This document shows positions 10,683 to 22,048 of a DNA stretch of 64,000 bases, piece by piece. Within the stretch, counting starts at the first letter, position 1. Each line of letters begins with the position of its first letter. The notes below the pieces were generated by a model. It had not been told where the DNA came from. It worked only from the letters and a program-made list of their open reading frames with translations, and made no database searches. The DNA is from Waterburya sp. (GTDB taxonomy: Bacteria > Cyanobacteriota > Cyanobacteriia > Cyanobacteriales > Xenococcaceae), in the NCBI GenBank assembly GCA_965217895.1, contig CBDCJV010000002.1, positions 4,608,001 to 4,672,000 on the forward strand. The letters run 5' to 3'. The position numbers and the translations under genes were made by a program.

Positions 10683-11336
10683 ATGAAGTACGCAGACCTG
10701 CAACGAAGGCTAAAGCAATATCAAATTGCAGGAATAGCAAAAGTTAAGTTAAATTCTTCTTTAGCAATTTTAGAAGCAGAATATCAACGCTGTTTAGAAC
10801 TAGAGCTATCACAAACGGATTTAGAGCGATTGACTTCTATTCGAGAAGATAAAAACTTGGAGCTTATTTCGACCTTAGATATTTATACTCGTCCAGAGAA
10901 TTTTGCTTTGAAAATTATTAAAGCCAAAGCTTACACTTTGGGAGAAGTAAAGGATCTTCAAGAGCTTAAACTATCATTTCCAATTTTTAAAAACAAGCAA
11001 TATGATTTTCGGACTAAAACTTCTTGGTCAAAATGTGTTTATTTTATCGATAATTTGACCAAAAACTCGCAAGAATTTATTAAATTTCAGCAAGATTTGG
11101 AAGCATTTACTAATTCAATTAGAGAACAAAAATATTATCAATTATCTGGAGAAAGTGCAGTCCAAGAGGCTTATGATGATTTAGCTAATTATATTAGCTG
11201 GTGGAAAGGCGTACAGTGGGAATATACCTTAGCTACAAAAGCTTCTACTTTAGATTTATTAAAAAGAGCTTGGCTAGAACAATATTTAGCTCAACATAAC
11301 CTAAGTGAAATGTTGAGGTATAGTCCAATCGATTGA
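10683..11336 (+). CDS. Hypothetical protein
   Basis: 217-aa ATG ORF filling the gap, no recognised family. Confidence 0.7.
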   Translation: MKYADLQRRLKQYQIAGIAKVKLNSSLAILEAEYQRCLELELSQTDLERLTSIREDKNLELISTLDIYTRPENFALKIIKAKAYTLGEVKDLQELKLSFPIFKNKQYDFRTKTSWSKCVYFIDNLTKNSQEFIKFQQDLEAFTNSIREQKYYQLSGESAVQEAYDDLANYISWWKGVQWEYTLATKASTLDLLKRAWLEQYLAQHNLSEMLRYSPID

Positions 11337-11459
11337 AACATCTGAGTTAATTAAGGTGGTAATGAGTAGATTGTAATTTATGTATTTAGTGATAAATAAT
11401 TGATGATTAACTTTGATAAGGCAACTTAGATATTAACCCATGTATGAGAAACAATTATT

Positions 11460-12260
11460 ATGACCGTAACTGAGTATAGAGGAAGTCTACAAGAAATAGT
11501 CAAAAGCTGGAAAGATCAAATTATTTGTTTTTCTCCTCAAGGAGAAGGCTATGGAGCTTATTTTGTTGATTCTAGGAGTAGCGAGTCAGTTAATTATATT
11601 CGAGCAAACTGCGATGAGTTACGTCATTTGGCAACCAACTATGATTCATTATTAATTAAAATCAAAAGTAAATATTATGGTTCTTTAAAAGAAGCAGTAT
11701 TAAATACAATTAAGTACGAAGCAACCCGAAGGGCATTTAAAAAACAGCATGAATGGATTCAAAATAACTATAAATTATTAATTGAAAAGCAACAGCTAAG
11801 TGCAGAACAACAAGAATCTCAAATCAAACAATTAAAGCTAATTATTAGAGAGCAAAAGCAAGAAGTTACAGCTATTAAAAGCGAATGTCGCGATCGCTTG
11901 GCAGCAATTCAAGCAGAAACTTTACTCCAGCAAAAAGAGGCAGAAATAGAACAGAAAAATATTGAGATAGCAAAGTTAAGCCAACAATTAGAAAATTGCG
12001 ATCGCGAAATTAACCATCTACAATCTGAATTAAATAAAGGTCTTCACGAACTAAAATTAAAATATCGCTGGCTGATCGCTCAGTTTATTCAAGAGCGTGC
12101 CGCCAAGCAACAAAGCGATCGTCAAAATAAAAGTCTACAAACTTGTCAAAATTTGTTTCAAAAAGCTCAAAGAAAGCTTAATTCTCTCCAGTGTGAAAAC
12201 AAGTTATTAAGACAAGAAAATGTTTATCTGCGTAATAATACTAAAATGCTGCGGGTCTAA
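11460..12260 (+). CDS. Hypothetical coiled-coil protein; paralog of 2599-3261
   Basis: Shared SWKD.I.C..P.GEG, ANCD.LRH.ATNYD, KEAVLNTIKYE.TRRAFK.QHEWI. Confidence 0.8.
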   Translation: MTVTEYRGSLQEIVKSWKDQIICFSPQGEGYGAYFVDSRSSESVNYIRANCDELRHLATNYDSLLIKIKSKYYGSLKEAVLNTIKYEATRRAFKKQHEWIQNNYKLLIEKQQLSAEQQESQIKQLKLIIREQKQEVTAIKSECRDRLAAIQAETLLQQKEAEIEQKNIEIAKLSQQLENCDREINHLQSELNKGLHELKLKYRWLIAQFIQERAAKQQSDRQNKSLQTCQNLFQKAQRKLNSLQCENKLLRQENVYLRNNTKMLRV

Positions 12261-12335
12261 ATAGATAAAAGGAATATTATCTCTTACCTATTTATTACTT
12301 ATTACTCCTTGCGGGGAGTACCCCTTGACTACTTC

Positions 12336-13169
12336 TTACTTAAAAATAGCTGGTTTGCGCTCAGAATTATTAGGACGAGCAGGCACAGAGCTACTTTTAG
12401 TTAGTCGCTGTCCTGTACCACCATCAGCAGGATCGAGAAAGGGTTTGAGGTTGATATTTTTAGGTGAACGACGGCTGCCATTATTGCCAGAATTACCACC
12501 AATGACTTTACCCACTTCATCTAAAATATTTCCTCCAGATTGATTATCACCAAAGGTATAAACACCCTGAGTTTGCTGACCATCATCAGCAACTAATAAA
12601 TTGTCAAAAATCAGATCGCGAGTCAACTTAGGATCTTGTCCAGGGGGAACAGTCAAAATTAAGCGGCAGTCTCTAGGATCTACTTGAGTTGTCACACAGA
12701 TAGTATCGTAGCCGTTTTCAACGCCAGTAGACAACTCTAGCAGTCCATCTTGACGATAGGCTTCAAAACGGCTGGTGATAGCGTCACAACGTTTTTTGGG
12801 AGTCCAACCACCACCTAATTCACTAGGAATTGCCCAAGGATATGCCTGGTTGGGTTGGCTTTCAGGGGAATACATTACCGTATATTCACCATTAACTAGT
12901 TGGCAGGTAAATCTAGTATCAGCACTGCTGGTAGAAGTAGGAGGAGAACTAGAACTGTTCGGTTGATTAATTATTACTTCTGGGGGTTCTTTGGTTTGAC
13001 TAATAACCTGACGTAGCTGCTGAATGCTGTTGAGATCCAGGTTTTTTACAGGTACGGCATTGGCATTGCTGGTGCTACTCCAAAAAACCAATGCCAAGCT
13101 AGGAATACTAGCCAAAGAAACCAATGATTTTAAATGATTGTTTAAAGAGTTCATAGATTGTAATGACAC
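12336..13169 (-). CDS. COP23 domain secreted protein
   Basis: Signal peptide; RFTC, LGGGWTPKKRCDAITSRF, G.ENGYDTICVT, CRLILTVPPGQDP. Confidence 0.8.
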   Translation of the reverse strand: MSLQSMNSLNNHLKSLVSLASIPSLALVFWSSTSNANAVPVKNLDLNSIQQLRQVISQTKEPPEVIINQPNSSSSPPTSTSSADTRFTCQLVNGEYTVMYSPESQPNQAYPWAIPSELGGGWTPKKRCDAITSRFEAYRQDGLLELSTGVENGYDTICVTTQVDPRDCRLILTVPPGQDPKLTRDLIFDNLLVADDGQQTQGVYTFGDNQSGGNILDEVGKVIGGNSGNNGSRRSPKNINLKPFLDPADGGTGQRLTKSSSVPARPNNSERKPAIFK

Positions 13170-13321
13170 TGTATTTAGTTCCTGAAATTCTGCAAGATTA
13201 GCAATTTAAAATACCCATAGCGCAAAATGAATCTCGATATTAATCTTATTTTTTATTTTGCGCTTCAATAGTTTTGACGATTAATTGAGGCAAATGTTTC
13301 TGAGAAACCCCAGAATTATTC

Positions 13322-13453
13322 ACTGATGTTACGCATTTATCGATCTATGAAGACTGGATAGTGGGGTGTTTGGGGTAATGAGGTGTTTGAGGTAATTACT
13401 CCTCTATCTCCATTACTCCACTACTCCATGACCCCATGCTGCGTAATATCAGT
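13322..13453. mobile_element. MITE, TIR ACTGATGTTACGCA, 5-bp target duplication TATTC
   Basis: ACTGATGTTACGCA...TGCGTAATATCAGT with TATTC at 13317-13321 and 13454-13458; lone left end at 47125. Confidence 0.7.
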
Positions 13454-13733
13454 TATTCATTTACTTGTGTTACGCACGCCAGAACTGAAATCTTTACTCT
13501 TTAGTTCCAAACTAATTACTGAAACTATTGAAATCTCACACTGAAGAAATAAATAAAATTTACTGGAAAAAGATGCTAATGAAAGAACAAAGTTTTGGAC
13601 TTATCCCAAACTCAGGTTAAGTGATCTCTAAAAACAGGATTTATTATAACCTCTGCGGGGGCGACACAAAAGAAGGAGCATAGTATTATTAAGCTCCTCC
13701 ACATAATCTTTGAATATTATTTAAAATCAATTT

Positions 13734-14987
13734 TTAGATTGCACTATTAGACAATAGAGCGTCTTTTAATTGCTTTGCTTTGTCAGTTTTCTCCCAAGGC
13801 AAATCAAGATCATTTCTGCCAAAGTGTCCATATGCAGCTACATCTTGATAGAAACGACCACCTCTTTCTTGAGGCAGATTACGCAGATTTAGAGTTTGAA
13901 TAATTCCCGCAGGACGCAACTCAAAGTGTTCTTGAGCTATTTTCAACAGCGCGTCTTCATCAACTTTGGCAGTACCAAAGGTTTCAATAAATACACTAAC
14001 AGGTCTAGCAACGCCAATGGCATAACTTACCTGAACTTCGCATTTATCTGCTAAACCTGCTGCCACAATATTATTTGCCACATAACGACAAGCATAGGAG
14101 GCACTGCGATCTACTTTCGTGGGGTCTTTACCAGAAAAAGCACCACCGCCATGACGAGAATAGCCACCGTAAGTGTCTACAATAATTTTACGACCAGTTA
14201 AGCCAGAATCTCCTTGAGGGCCACCAACAACAAATTTACCTGTAGGGTTGACTAAAAAACGGGTTTTATCATTTGGCTTTAAATCTAAATCAGCGAATAC
14301 AGGCTGAATTACCGCTGACCAAAGATCTTCTTTAATTTTTTTCTGTACAGCACTATTTTCTGAAAGATTGTCAATAGTTTCTGTGTGCTGAGTCGAAACT
14401 AAAATGGTATCAATGCCCACAGGCTTTCCATCTTCGTATTGAATTGAAACCTGAGTTTTGCCATCAGGTCGCAGATAAGATAAATCACCTTGTTTGCGCA
14501 CCTCTGCCAAACGACGAGACACTCGATGAGCCAAACTAATAGGTAATGGCATTAATTCTGGAGTTTCGTTACAGGCATAGCCAAACATCAATCCCTGATC
14601 TCCTGCTCCAATTTTATCTAGCTCACTATCACTAAGATTTTCTCTTTGTTCTTGAGCTGAGGTTACACCTTGAGCAATATCTGGAGACTGTTCATCTAGG
14701 GCGATTAGTACAGAACAGCTATCGGCTGAAAATCCATTTTCAGCATGGACATAGCCAATTTCGGCGATTTTTTTTCTGACTAAATCTACATAATTGACTT
14801 GAGCTTTAGTTGTTATTTCCCCTGTGACTAAAACTAAGCCTGTATTAACTACCACTTCTGCCGCAACGCGACTTAGAGGGTCTTGAGCTAATATAGCGTC
14901 TAAAATGGTATCGGAAATCTGATCACAAATCTTATCGGGATGTCCTTCTGTGACCGATTCGGAGGTGAATAAGTAGTTACGAGACAA
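13734..14987 (-). CDS. metK: S-adenosylmethionine synthetase
   Basis: [31 protein letters not shown] start at 14987 downstream of GGAGG. Confidence 0.97.
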   Translation of the reverse strand: MSRNYLFTSESVTEGHPDKICDQISDTILDAILAQDPLSRVAAEVVVNTGLVLVTGEITTKAQVNYVDLVRKKIAEIGYVHAENGFSADSCSVLIALDEQSPDIAQGVTSAQEQRENLSDSELDKIGAGDQGLMFGYACNETPELMPLPISLAHRVSRRLAEVRKQGDLSYLRPDGKTQVSIQYEDGKPVGIDTILVSTQHTETIDNLSENSAVQKKIKEDLWSAVIQPVFADLDLKPNDKTRFLVNPTGKFVVGGPQGDSGLTGRKIIVDTYGGYSRHGGGAFSGKDPTKVDRSASYACRYVANNIVAAGLADKCEVQVSYAIGVARPVSVFIETFGTAKVDEDALLKIAQEHFELRPAGIIQTLNLRNLPQERGGRFYQDVAAYGHFGRNDLDLPWEKTDKAKQLKDALLSNSAI

Positions 14988-15078
14988 TTTGGTATAATCC
15001 TCCAATGAATGCTATTGCGGTGGCGCGAGATTATGAAATAAGCAGCCAAACATAAGACTATATGATACAGCTTTGTTT

Positions 15079-15825
15079 TTAAGATGACAAAGTTTGTAGC
15101 TCCAAAAGATTGGAAATTTGAACATCTGCCTGGGATAGTTCCACATTATTGTGGCGACAAATGCCAATAGCTGCTGCTGCACTAGCGTTTTTTGCCATGA
15201 TTATATCAAGCGCAGAATCTCCTACCATTAGTGTTTGTTGGGGTACAACTCCTAAAGCCTGGCAGGCTTGAATAAAGAGTCTGGGGTCTGGCTTCACTAT
15301 AATTCCATTAACTCCCATGCTTAGTTGAATATATTTCTTAAGTTCATGAACGTCAACGAAATTTTCAACCTCTGGGGTAGAATCGCTAGATAAAATGCCA
15401 ATTTTTAGACCTGCATGAGACAAATGCTCAAGAGTTTCTTTTACATCGGCAAATAATGGTACTGTTTGAGGGTTTTTAATTAGATATTTTGACTCAGATA
15501 CTTCTGTAAAAGCCTGTTGAGCAATTTCTTTTGCTTCGTGCCAACTTCTTCCTGTTTCAGCAATATAGGCAGCAGCAGCAATCTCGTTTTCAAAGCGACT
15601 GCCAACAGCCATTAAACCAGTAGGGTTTAAACTATTGTCTAAAATACCAAACGCCATTAGTAAAGGCTCTCCTACTCCTGGTATTTGAGCATCAATCAAA
15701 CGCGCTCTTTCCGTACCTACTCCACGCCAGAATTCTAAGGAATTTTCTAAAGTGCCATCTTTATCAAAAATAATGGCATTAATATTATTAAATTTTACAT
15801 CTTGACAAGCGATCGCAACTGACAA
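15079..15825 (-). CDS. HAD family hydrolase
   Basis: FDKDGTL, KPDP, VGDS..D; probable TTG start at 15825 after GAGGAG. Confidence 0.85.
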   Translation of the reverse strand: MSVAIACQDVKFNNINAIIFDKDGTLENSLEFWRGVGTERARLIDAQIPGVGEPLLMAFGILDNSLNPTGLMAVGSRFENEIAAAAYIAETGRSWHEAKEIAQQAFTEVSESKYLIKNPQTVPLFADVKETLEHLSHAGLKIGILSSDSTPEVENFVDVHELKKYIQLSMGVNGIIVKPDPRLFIQACQALGVVPQQTLMVGDSALDIIMAKNASAAAAIGICRHNNVELSQADVQISNLLELQTLSS

Positions 15826-15863
15826 ACTTTTTCTCCTCAAGTAAATATAATTAAGCAGTTAGC

Positions 15864-15894
15864 AAAAAAAAGAGAGGAAATTTATCCCCTCTCG
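15864..15894 (-). terminator. Rho-independent terminator of rpsA
   Basis: GAGAGG/CCTCTC stem followed by a T run on the minus strand. Confidence 0.6.
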
Positions 15895-15923
15895 ATTGCC
15901 AATAATTTTATTCTTATCGGCTT

Positions 15924-17050
15924 TTATTCATCTACTGCTGCGCCAACCATTTCCCCTTCTGAATCTTCTTTAGGGGTGTCTTCTGTTGCTTCACCCGTAG
16001 GTTCAATAGTTTCCTTTGCTGCTATTTCTGCGACAGGTTCTTCTGCTGCTTCTTCATCTGTTTCTTCTACAGCAGTCTCCTCTCAGCCTCCTCATTCACT
16101 ACAGGTTCTTCTATCATTGCAGCAGCTTCTTCTAAAGTAACTCCTTCGGCTTCAGCCAATAGTTTTTGGCGATATTTCTCAGCCATTTCTTCGGCTTTCT
16201 CAGATACTATCTCTCTATTTTTCAGCATATCACCTGGTTCTGGCTCAAGCTGCTTAGTAGATAAAGATATACGACCTCTTTCTGCATCCAGGTCGATGAT
16301 CATTACCTTTAATTCGTCATTAACGCCAAACACACTGTGAGGAGTATCGATATGGTCATGAGAGATTTCGGAGATGTGAAGCAATCCACTAACGCCACCA
16401 ATATCGATAAATGCACCGTAAGGTTTGATTCCACGGACAGAGCCTCTAACTACTTGACCTACTTCTAAACCATTCATCTTACGCTCTACCAAAGCTCGAC
16501 GATGACTTAGAACTAGTCTGTTTCGCTCTTCATCTACCTCTAAAAATTTAAGTGGTAAATCTTCTCCTACTAAATCTTCTTTAGCCTCCCTAGCACTGAT
16601 ATGAGAACCAGGAATAAATCCTCTCAAGCCTTCAATTCTAACTAATGCACCACCACGGTTAGTTGCAAACACATTGGAACGAACGGTAGCATCTTCCTGC
16701 TGTAGCTGTCTGACGCGCTCCCAAGCACGCATATATTCAATACGTCTAATAGATAATGTTAACTGTCCATCTTCGTTCTCATCAGTTAAGATAAAAAATT
16801 CTCTAGTTTCATCTGCCTGAAGAACTTCAGTAGGATTGTCAACGCGATTAATCGACATCTCTTGAATAGGAATATAAGCAGCAGTTTTAGCACCAATGTC
16901 AATCAAAGCTCCCCTTGGTTCCATACTAAATACCGTTCCTGCTACTATATCTCCAGGACTGAAGTGATAATCGTACTTGTCGAGTAAAGCAGCGAAATCT
17001 TCGTGAGTGAAACCAATATCTGTAGTACTTTTTGTTTGCTGATTGACCAT
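15924..17050 (-). CDS. rpsA: 30S ribosomal protein S1; frame as written stops at 16067, acidic tail continues in another frame to 15924
   Basis: GFTHEDFAALLDKYDYHF, three S1 domains; ATG at 17050; apparent 1-nt loss near 16080. Confidence 0.93.
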
Positions 17051-17465
17051 ATGGGTTAATTGTCCTTGTTGTATTTCTTGATTTTTTTGATTGATGAGCC
17101 TCCTGCTTGATGTACACTCATCCAATTGTTGTGCAGCCTACACCTACATCACCGATAATTTCAGCCGACAATTGAGTCGTTTGTTAAATTCAAACAACTC
17201 TACAATAATGTATTGCTACTGAAGCATACTTGTCTGTTGATAAAATGGCATTACTCTATTCTAACTTTTTATTGAGCTTACCGTAACTTTTTTTGCTTTT
17301 TTTTACTAAAGAAAGGCAATAATTACGATTCTGTATTAATTTGGATATTAGCTTAAATTGGAATCAGTATAAAATTTTTCCTTAATCAGTAATTAAGAAT
17401 TGGCAAAATATTAAGCTCAAAAAATACAGTTACAAATTACTCCGCTTGGTCTGACATAAACGCAG

Positions 17466-17615
17466 TCGCGAAACCCCCCCAGGCGATGCGAACTCCTAAA
17501 CGAACCGAGCCTGTCTTGTGGACAGCGTATATGCGGAAGCGCGCCTTTGTCTTGCTAAGTCAGCATTCCCTTGATAGGGCAGCGTTCCCTAACGATGACG
17601 CGGAGTCTGCCCGCT
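17466..17615. repeat. Mosaic of GC-rich short dispersed repeats overlapping the nrdR 3' end
   Basis: Modules shared with 2390-2430 (reverse complement) and 55741-55792. Confidence 0.65.
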
Positions 17616-18150
17616 GCTGTGACCGTTGGTCAGTAATTGAGGTTGAAGCAGAGGGTGTATTTAAATCTTGCCAGTGATCGAAGTCTACATTTTGTAAATT
17701 TTCACTTTGAAGATGATTTAATGTTTTGATAAAATCTTTGATGCCTTGAAACTTTCTATATACTGAGGCAAAACGTATATAGGCTACTTCATTTTCGTAG
17801 CGCAAATTTTCTAAAACCAATTCTCCTATTTCACTACTGCTAAATTCTTTACCTGAATTTTGCTGAAGTTTAGCTTCAATGTTATCAACAATTGCCTCTA
17901 CTTTTTGATAGGATATGGTAGTTTTTTCACAGGCTCTTAATATGCCTCGCAGTAACTTAGCACGGTCAAAAGATTCACGACTGCTATCTCTTTTGATGAC
18001 CGTAATCGGTACTAATTCAATTCTTTCATAGGTTGTAAACCGCTGCTTGCAGTCTAAGCATTCTCGGCGACGGCGAATGCTTTGTCCACTTTCGGTAGAA
18101 CGAGATTCTAAGACTCGGCTTTCTGTATGTTGGCAGTTAGGACAATGCAT
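17560..18150 (-). CDS. nrdR: Transcriptional repressor NrdR
   Basis: [32 protein letters not shown] cone, [10 protein letters not shown]. Confidence 0.95.
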   Translation of the reverse strand: MHCPNCQHTESRVLESRSTESGQSIRRRRECLDCKQRFTTYERIELVPITVIKRDSSRESFDRAKLLRGILRACEKTTISYQKVEAIVDNIEAKLQQNSGKEFSSSEIGELVLENLRYENEVAYIRFASVYRKFQGIKDFIKTLNHLQSENLQNVDFDHWQDLNTPSASTSITDQRSQQRADSASSLGNAALSREC

Positions 18151-18318
18151 GGAGAAATAAAGAATTGGATTATAGTTACGATCAATTGCTAATATAAATA
18201 GCAAATCTGAGCCGTTTCTTATATCATAGTCTGTCTCACAACAGACGTTAACAAAAAAAGACTCAGAAATAGAAAAATCTTAAAAATAATTAACCTACAT
18301 TAAGCAATTTAAAGCAAT

Positions 18319-18414
18319 TTATTTTTCGATACGGGGTGGTTCGCGAAAAGCGATCGCAAAAAAGAGAACGGCGATCGCCATAGCTAAGACTAAAATGTAT
18401 GCAACAGCTTCCAT
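18319..18414 (-). CDS. psbT: Photosystem II protein T (not in the ORF track)
   Basis: MEAVAYILVLAMAIAVLFFAIAFREPPRIEK directly downstream of psbB. Confidence 0.97.
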   Translation of the reverse strand: MEAVAYILVLAMAIAVLFFAIAFREPPRIEK

Positions 18415-18498
18415 ATTTAAATTCCTAAAATTTATTTACTAGTATTTTACCAACAAATTTAACTGAAGTTCAGAATTCTTTAAGATTCTTATGAGAAC

Positions 18499-18542
18499 TT
18501 GCGTTAGAGAAACAGCTTTTGATAAACCTCTCTCTAACGCAA
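18499..18542 (-). terminator. Stem-loop between psbB and psbT
   Basis: TTGCGTTAGAGA...TCTCTAACGCAA 12-bp inverted repeat. Confidence 0.55.
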
Positions 18543-18576
18543 ATTAAAATTTGAAGTTCTAAACTGTTAGCTAAAT

Positions 18577-20109
18577 CTAAGCTTCCTGTTTAGTGCGAGT
18601 AGATTTGTCACCCACTTTCTGATAGAAGCCCCATTCTACCTGTTCTTCTTCAAGCTCAGGGTCAACACCAGCAAATACGTCTCTGTACAGGGTACGAGAA
18701 CCATGCCAAATATGACCAAAGAAGAAGAATAAAGCAAATACAGCGTGTCCAAAAGTAAACCAACCACGAGGACTGGTACGGAATACACCGTCAGAGTTTA
18801 AGGTTTCAGTATCAAAGACAAAAGCTTCGCCCAACTGTGCTTTACGAGCATATTTCTTAACGGTTGCAGGATCATCAAAGGTTTGACCATCTAAAGCACC
18901 ACCGTAGAAAGCAACGCTAACGCCACTTTGCTCAACGCTGAGTTTAGACTCAGCGCGTCGGAAAGGAATGTCGGCTCTAACAACGCCATCAGCGTCAGTC
19001 AAGACCACAGGGAATGTTTCAAAGAAGTTAGGCATACGACGAACGTTTAGCTCACGACCTTCGCTATCGGTAAAGACAGCGTGTCCCAACCATTCTTGAG
19101 CGATACCATCTCCACTATCCATTGCGCCTGTACGGAACAAACCACCTTTAGCAGGACTGTTGCCTACATAGTCATAAAAAGCTAATTTCTCAGGAATTCT
19201 AGACCATGCTTCGGAACGAGTTAGACCATCATCTAAGCCAGTTTCCACTCGACGTTGGATTTCTTGTTGGAAATATCCCTGATCCCACTGATAACGAGTA
19301 GGTCCAAATAATTCAATGGGGGTTGTGGCATTTCCGTACCACATTGTACCTGTAACCACGAAAGCTGCGAAAAATACCGCTGCAATACTGCTAGAAAGTA
19401 CCGTTTCGATGTTCCCCATCCGCAAAGCTTTATAAAGTCTTTCTGGAGGTCGAACGCTCAGGTGGAAAAGCCCAGCAATAATACCCACAATGCCCGCTGC
19501 AATGTGGTGTGCTACCACACCACCAGGATTAAACGGGTTAAATCCTCCTGGCCCCCATTCGGGTGCTACTGGTTGAACATGACCAGTCACTCCAAAGGCA
19601 TCTGATACCCACATTCCTGGTCCCCATAGACCTGTGAGGTGGAATGCACCAAAACCAAAGCAAAGTAGACCAGATAAGAATAAATGGATACCAAACATTT
19701 TTGGTAAATCTAAAGCTGGTTGACCAGTCCGCTGATCTACGAATAGCTCCAAATCCCAATAAACCCAATGCCATACTGCTGCTAAAAACAGTAAGCCAGA
19801 CAAAATGATATGAGCGATCGCAACGCCTTCAAAAGACCAGATTCCAGCACTTGCGCCAGTTTCGCCAGTAACGCTCCAGCCACCCCAAGATGTATCAACA
19901 CCCAAGCGAGCCATAAAAGGTAATACATACATACCTTGTCGCCACATTGGGTTTAATACAGCATCACTAGGATCAAATGTTGCTAGCTCAAACAGAGCCA
20001 TCGAACCTGCCCAGCCCGCCACTAATGCGGTGTGCATCAGGTGGACTGAAATTAGCCGCCCTGGATCATTCAGGACGACTGTATGAACTCGATACCAAGG
20101 TAGTCCCAT
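18577..20109 (-). CDS. psbB: Photosystem II CP47
   Basis: [19 protein letters not shown] and full-length 510-aa match. Confidence 0.99.
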   Translation of the reverse strand: MGLPWYRVHTVVLNDPGRLISVHLMHTALVAGWAGSMALFELATFDPSDAVLNPMWRQGMYVLPFMARLGVDTSWGGWSVTGETGASAGIWSFEGVAIAHIILSGLLFLAAVWHWVYWDLELFVDQRTGQPALDLPKMFGIHLFLSGLLCFGFGAFHLTGLWGPGMWVSDAFGVTGHVQPVAPEWGPGGFNPFNPGGVVAHHIAAGIVGIIAGLFHLSVRPPERLYKALRMGNIETVLSSSIAAVFFAAFVVTGTMWYGNATTPIELFGPTRYQWDQGYFQQEIQRRVETGLDDGLTRSEAWSRIPEKLAFYDYVGNSPAKGGLFRTGAMDSGDGIAQEWLGHAVFTDSEGRELNVRRMPNFFETFPVVLTDADGVVRADIPFRRAESKLSVEQSGVSVAFYGGALDGQTFDDPATVKKYARKAQLGEAFVFDTETLNSDGVFRTSPRGWFTFGHAVFALFFFFGHIWHGSRTLYRDVFAGVDPELEEEQVEWGFYQKVGDKSTRTKQEA

Positions 20110-20432
20110 AGACTACGTTCCTCCTATTAATTAAATAAAATTTGTTTAGTGTAACCAAATATTTTAGGATAACCAGTTAACCACTTTTGGTGGCATCAAT
20201 AGTTGGCTGTTATTTTGTAATTTGTATTTGTGTCTCAAACCTTGTGGTTGCCCAGAAAACTCGGACTTTTACCGATAAAAAATGAGCTTAGGCAAGGATG
20301 AATTGAAAATACTATTTATTTAAAGAAGTGTAACTATTGTTAGAACCTATTGCAAGATATATCGACTGTTATCGACAAATGTAAATTTATATTACAAAAA
20401 TGATAACAAATAGATTTTTAATGAATACAGCT

Positions 20433-20747
20433 TTAATTATTGGCAGATGAATTAAAGATCGATTCAGAACTAGCCAACATATCAATTACTTGTTCAGCAC
20501 CGATCAAACGTCTAAGTACAACTTGCCCAATGATGGATGCAGCTTGGGTATTTGTCTGAGGTTTGACCTCAATCATCAGTACAGCATCTTCAACTGCGTA
20601 AAGCCAGAGAACCTCATCTTGCTGAAGAATACCACAGTCAAGACGTTTTATTTCGGGCTTGCGTCCCCAACTATGTTGATCCCACAGTCCACCGAATTCC
20701 CATACCCTACTATAAGTCCAACCCTCACTCAGAAAAAAATATTTCAC
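20433..20747 (-). CDS. Conserved cyanobacterial hypothetical protein
   Basis: MKYFFLSEGW..RVWEFGGLW, IGQVVLRRLI; GTG start. Confidence 0.75.
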   Translation of the reverse strand: MKYFFLSEGWTYSRVWEFGGLWDQHSWGRKPEIKRLDCGILQQDEVLWLYAVEDAVLMIEVKPQTNTQAASIIGQVVLRRLIGAEQVIDMLASSESIFNSSANN

Positions 20748-20979
20748 AGTGCCAATAGATAGTTATTTATTTAATAAAATAATTACATGGTGATAAAATT
20801 CATCAAACTGACGATACCCCATTGACTCATAAAGATTTTGACCAATTTTATTAGTTACTTCTGTAGACAGGATAATACGAAAAGAGCGAATGAATAAGAA
20901 AAGCTGATAGCTATTAGCTGATAGCTAATAGCTATTAACCGACAAATCAAATACGAAGCTACTCATCAGTCACAGTAAC

Positions 20980-21159
20980 TTACACCTTCTCTTCAGGAAA
21001 AGTTTCGTTAAATTCTTCAATTAACTCGTCTAGTTCTTCTAGTGCTTGGTCTACGTCTATGCGAAGAGTTCCCAAACTTGGTCTTTCTAGCAGTTCTACC
21101 AAAGAATCTCGTTTTGCAGCCATTTGAGCAATCTTAGCTTTGATATCAGTTTTGTCCAT
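20980..21159 (-). CDS. Small conserved hypothetical protein (59 aa)
   Basis: LGTLRIDVDQALEELDELIEEF; ATG at 21159 avoids overlap with the divergent gene. Confidence 0.7.
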   Translation of the reverse strand: MDKTDIKAKIAQMAAKRDSLVELLERPSLGTLRIDVDQALEELDELIEEFNETFPEEKV

Positions 21160-21229
21160 AATTTTTTTTTGTAAGTATCCAATAGCTTTAGAATAGACAA
21201 TATTGATAAATATAAACAAACTTTTAATT

Positions 21230-21769
21230 ATGTTGCGAAAAATACCCTTGGCTGCTGTAGGTTTAACTGTGGGCGGGATTTTAACCATTGTTGGTTTTTA
21301 TGCCTATGCCGTAGGCATGAATACTCTTAATTTAGCAGGATTCTTTTATGGTATTCCTTTACTATTAGGCGGTTTAGCTCTCAAAGCATCAGAACTCAAG
21401 CCAGTACCTTATACCGTTGAAACCAGTCCTGAAGTTAAAGAATTGCGATCGCAGGCAACTATAACTCAAGAGCAGCTACGTAAAGATGTAACTCGTTATC
21501 GCTATGGACAAGAAGCCCATTTAGATGAATCTCTAGGCAAGTTTGGCTTAAGTCCTACGGATGAAGAAAGACCAATCTTAGTTGGGCTTCAAGAACAATC
21601 AAGAGATGGTGCTTATACATTGCTAATGGAATTTTACTCGCCTTTTTTCTCTTTAGAAGAATGGCAGAAAAGACACGAGAAAATAGAGAAGTTTTTTGGT
21701 CCGAATATTAAGCTGGAAATTACTGAAGCAGATAAATCTAAAATTGATCTAGCTTTGATTAAGTCTTAG
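21230..21769 (+). CDS. DUF2854 family membrane protein
   Basis: LNLAGFFYGIPLLLGGLALKASELKP, RKDVTRYRYGQEAHLD, KFFGP. Confidence 0.85.
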   Translation: MLRKIPLAAVGLTVGGILTIVGFYAYAVGMNTLNLAGFFYGIPLLLGGLALKASELKPVPYTVETSPEVKELRSQATITQEQLRKDVTRYRYGQEAHLDESLGKFGLSPTDEERPILVGLQEQSRDGAYTLLMEFYSPFFSLEEWQKRHEKIEKFFGPNIKLEITEADKSKIDLALIKS

Positions 21770-22048
21770 GTTTGAAATTTTCAAGCGATCGCCTGTACTA
21801 AAAAAATGAAATATTGACTTAGCATCGCTAAATATGGTTTAATTGAAATATTAACTTCAGAATGGAAGTGGGTTGACTTAAATTTTAGCGTCACTACTCC
21901 CACTATAAAAATAATTTTATCATTAAAGCGATCGCCACACAAACCCCAAATTCAAAAATTGTCGTGCTGGGTCAGATAGAGTTTATCGTTTCATCGTTTC
22001 AGTTAGACTATCTTTTATTAATCGCTAATAGAGCATCTTTCATAAGCA

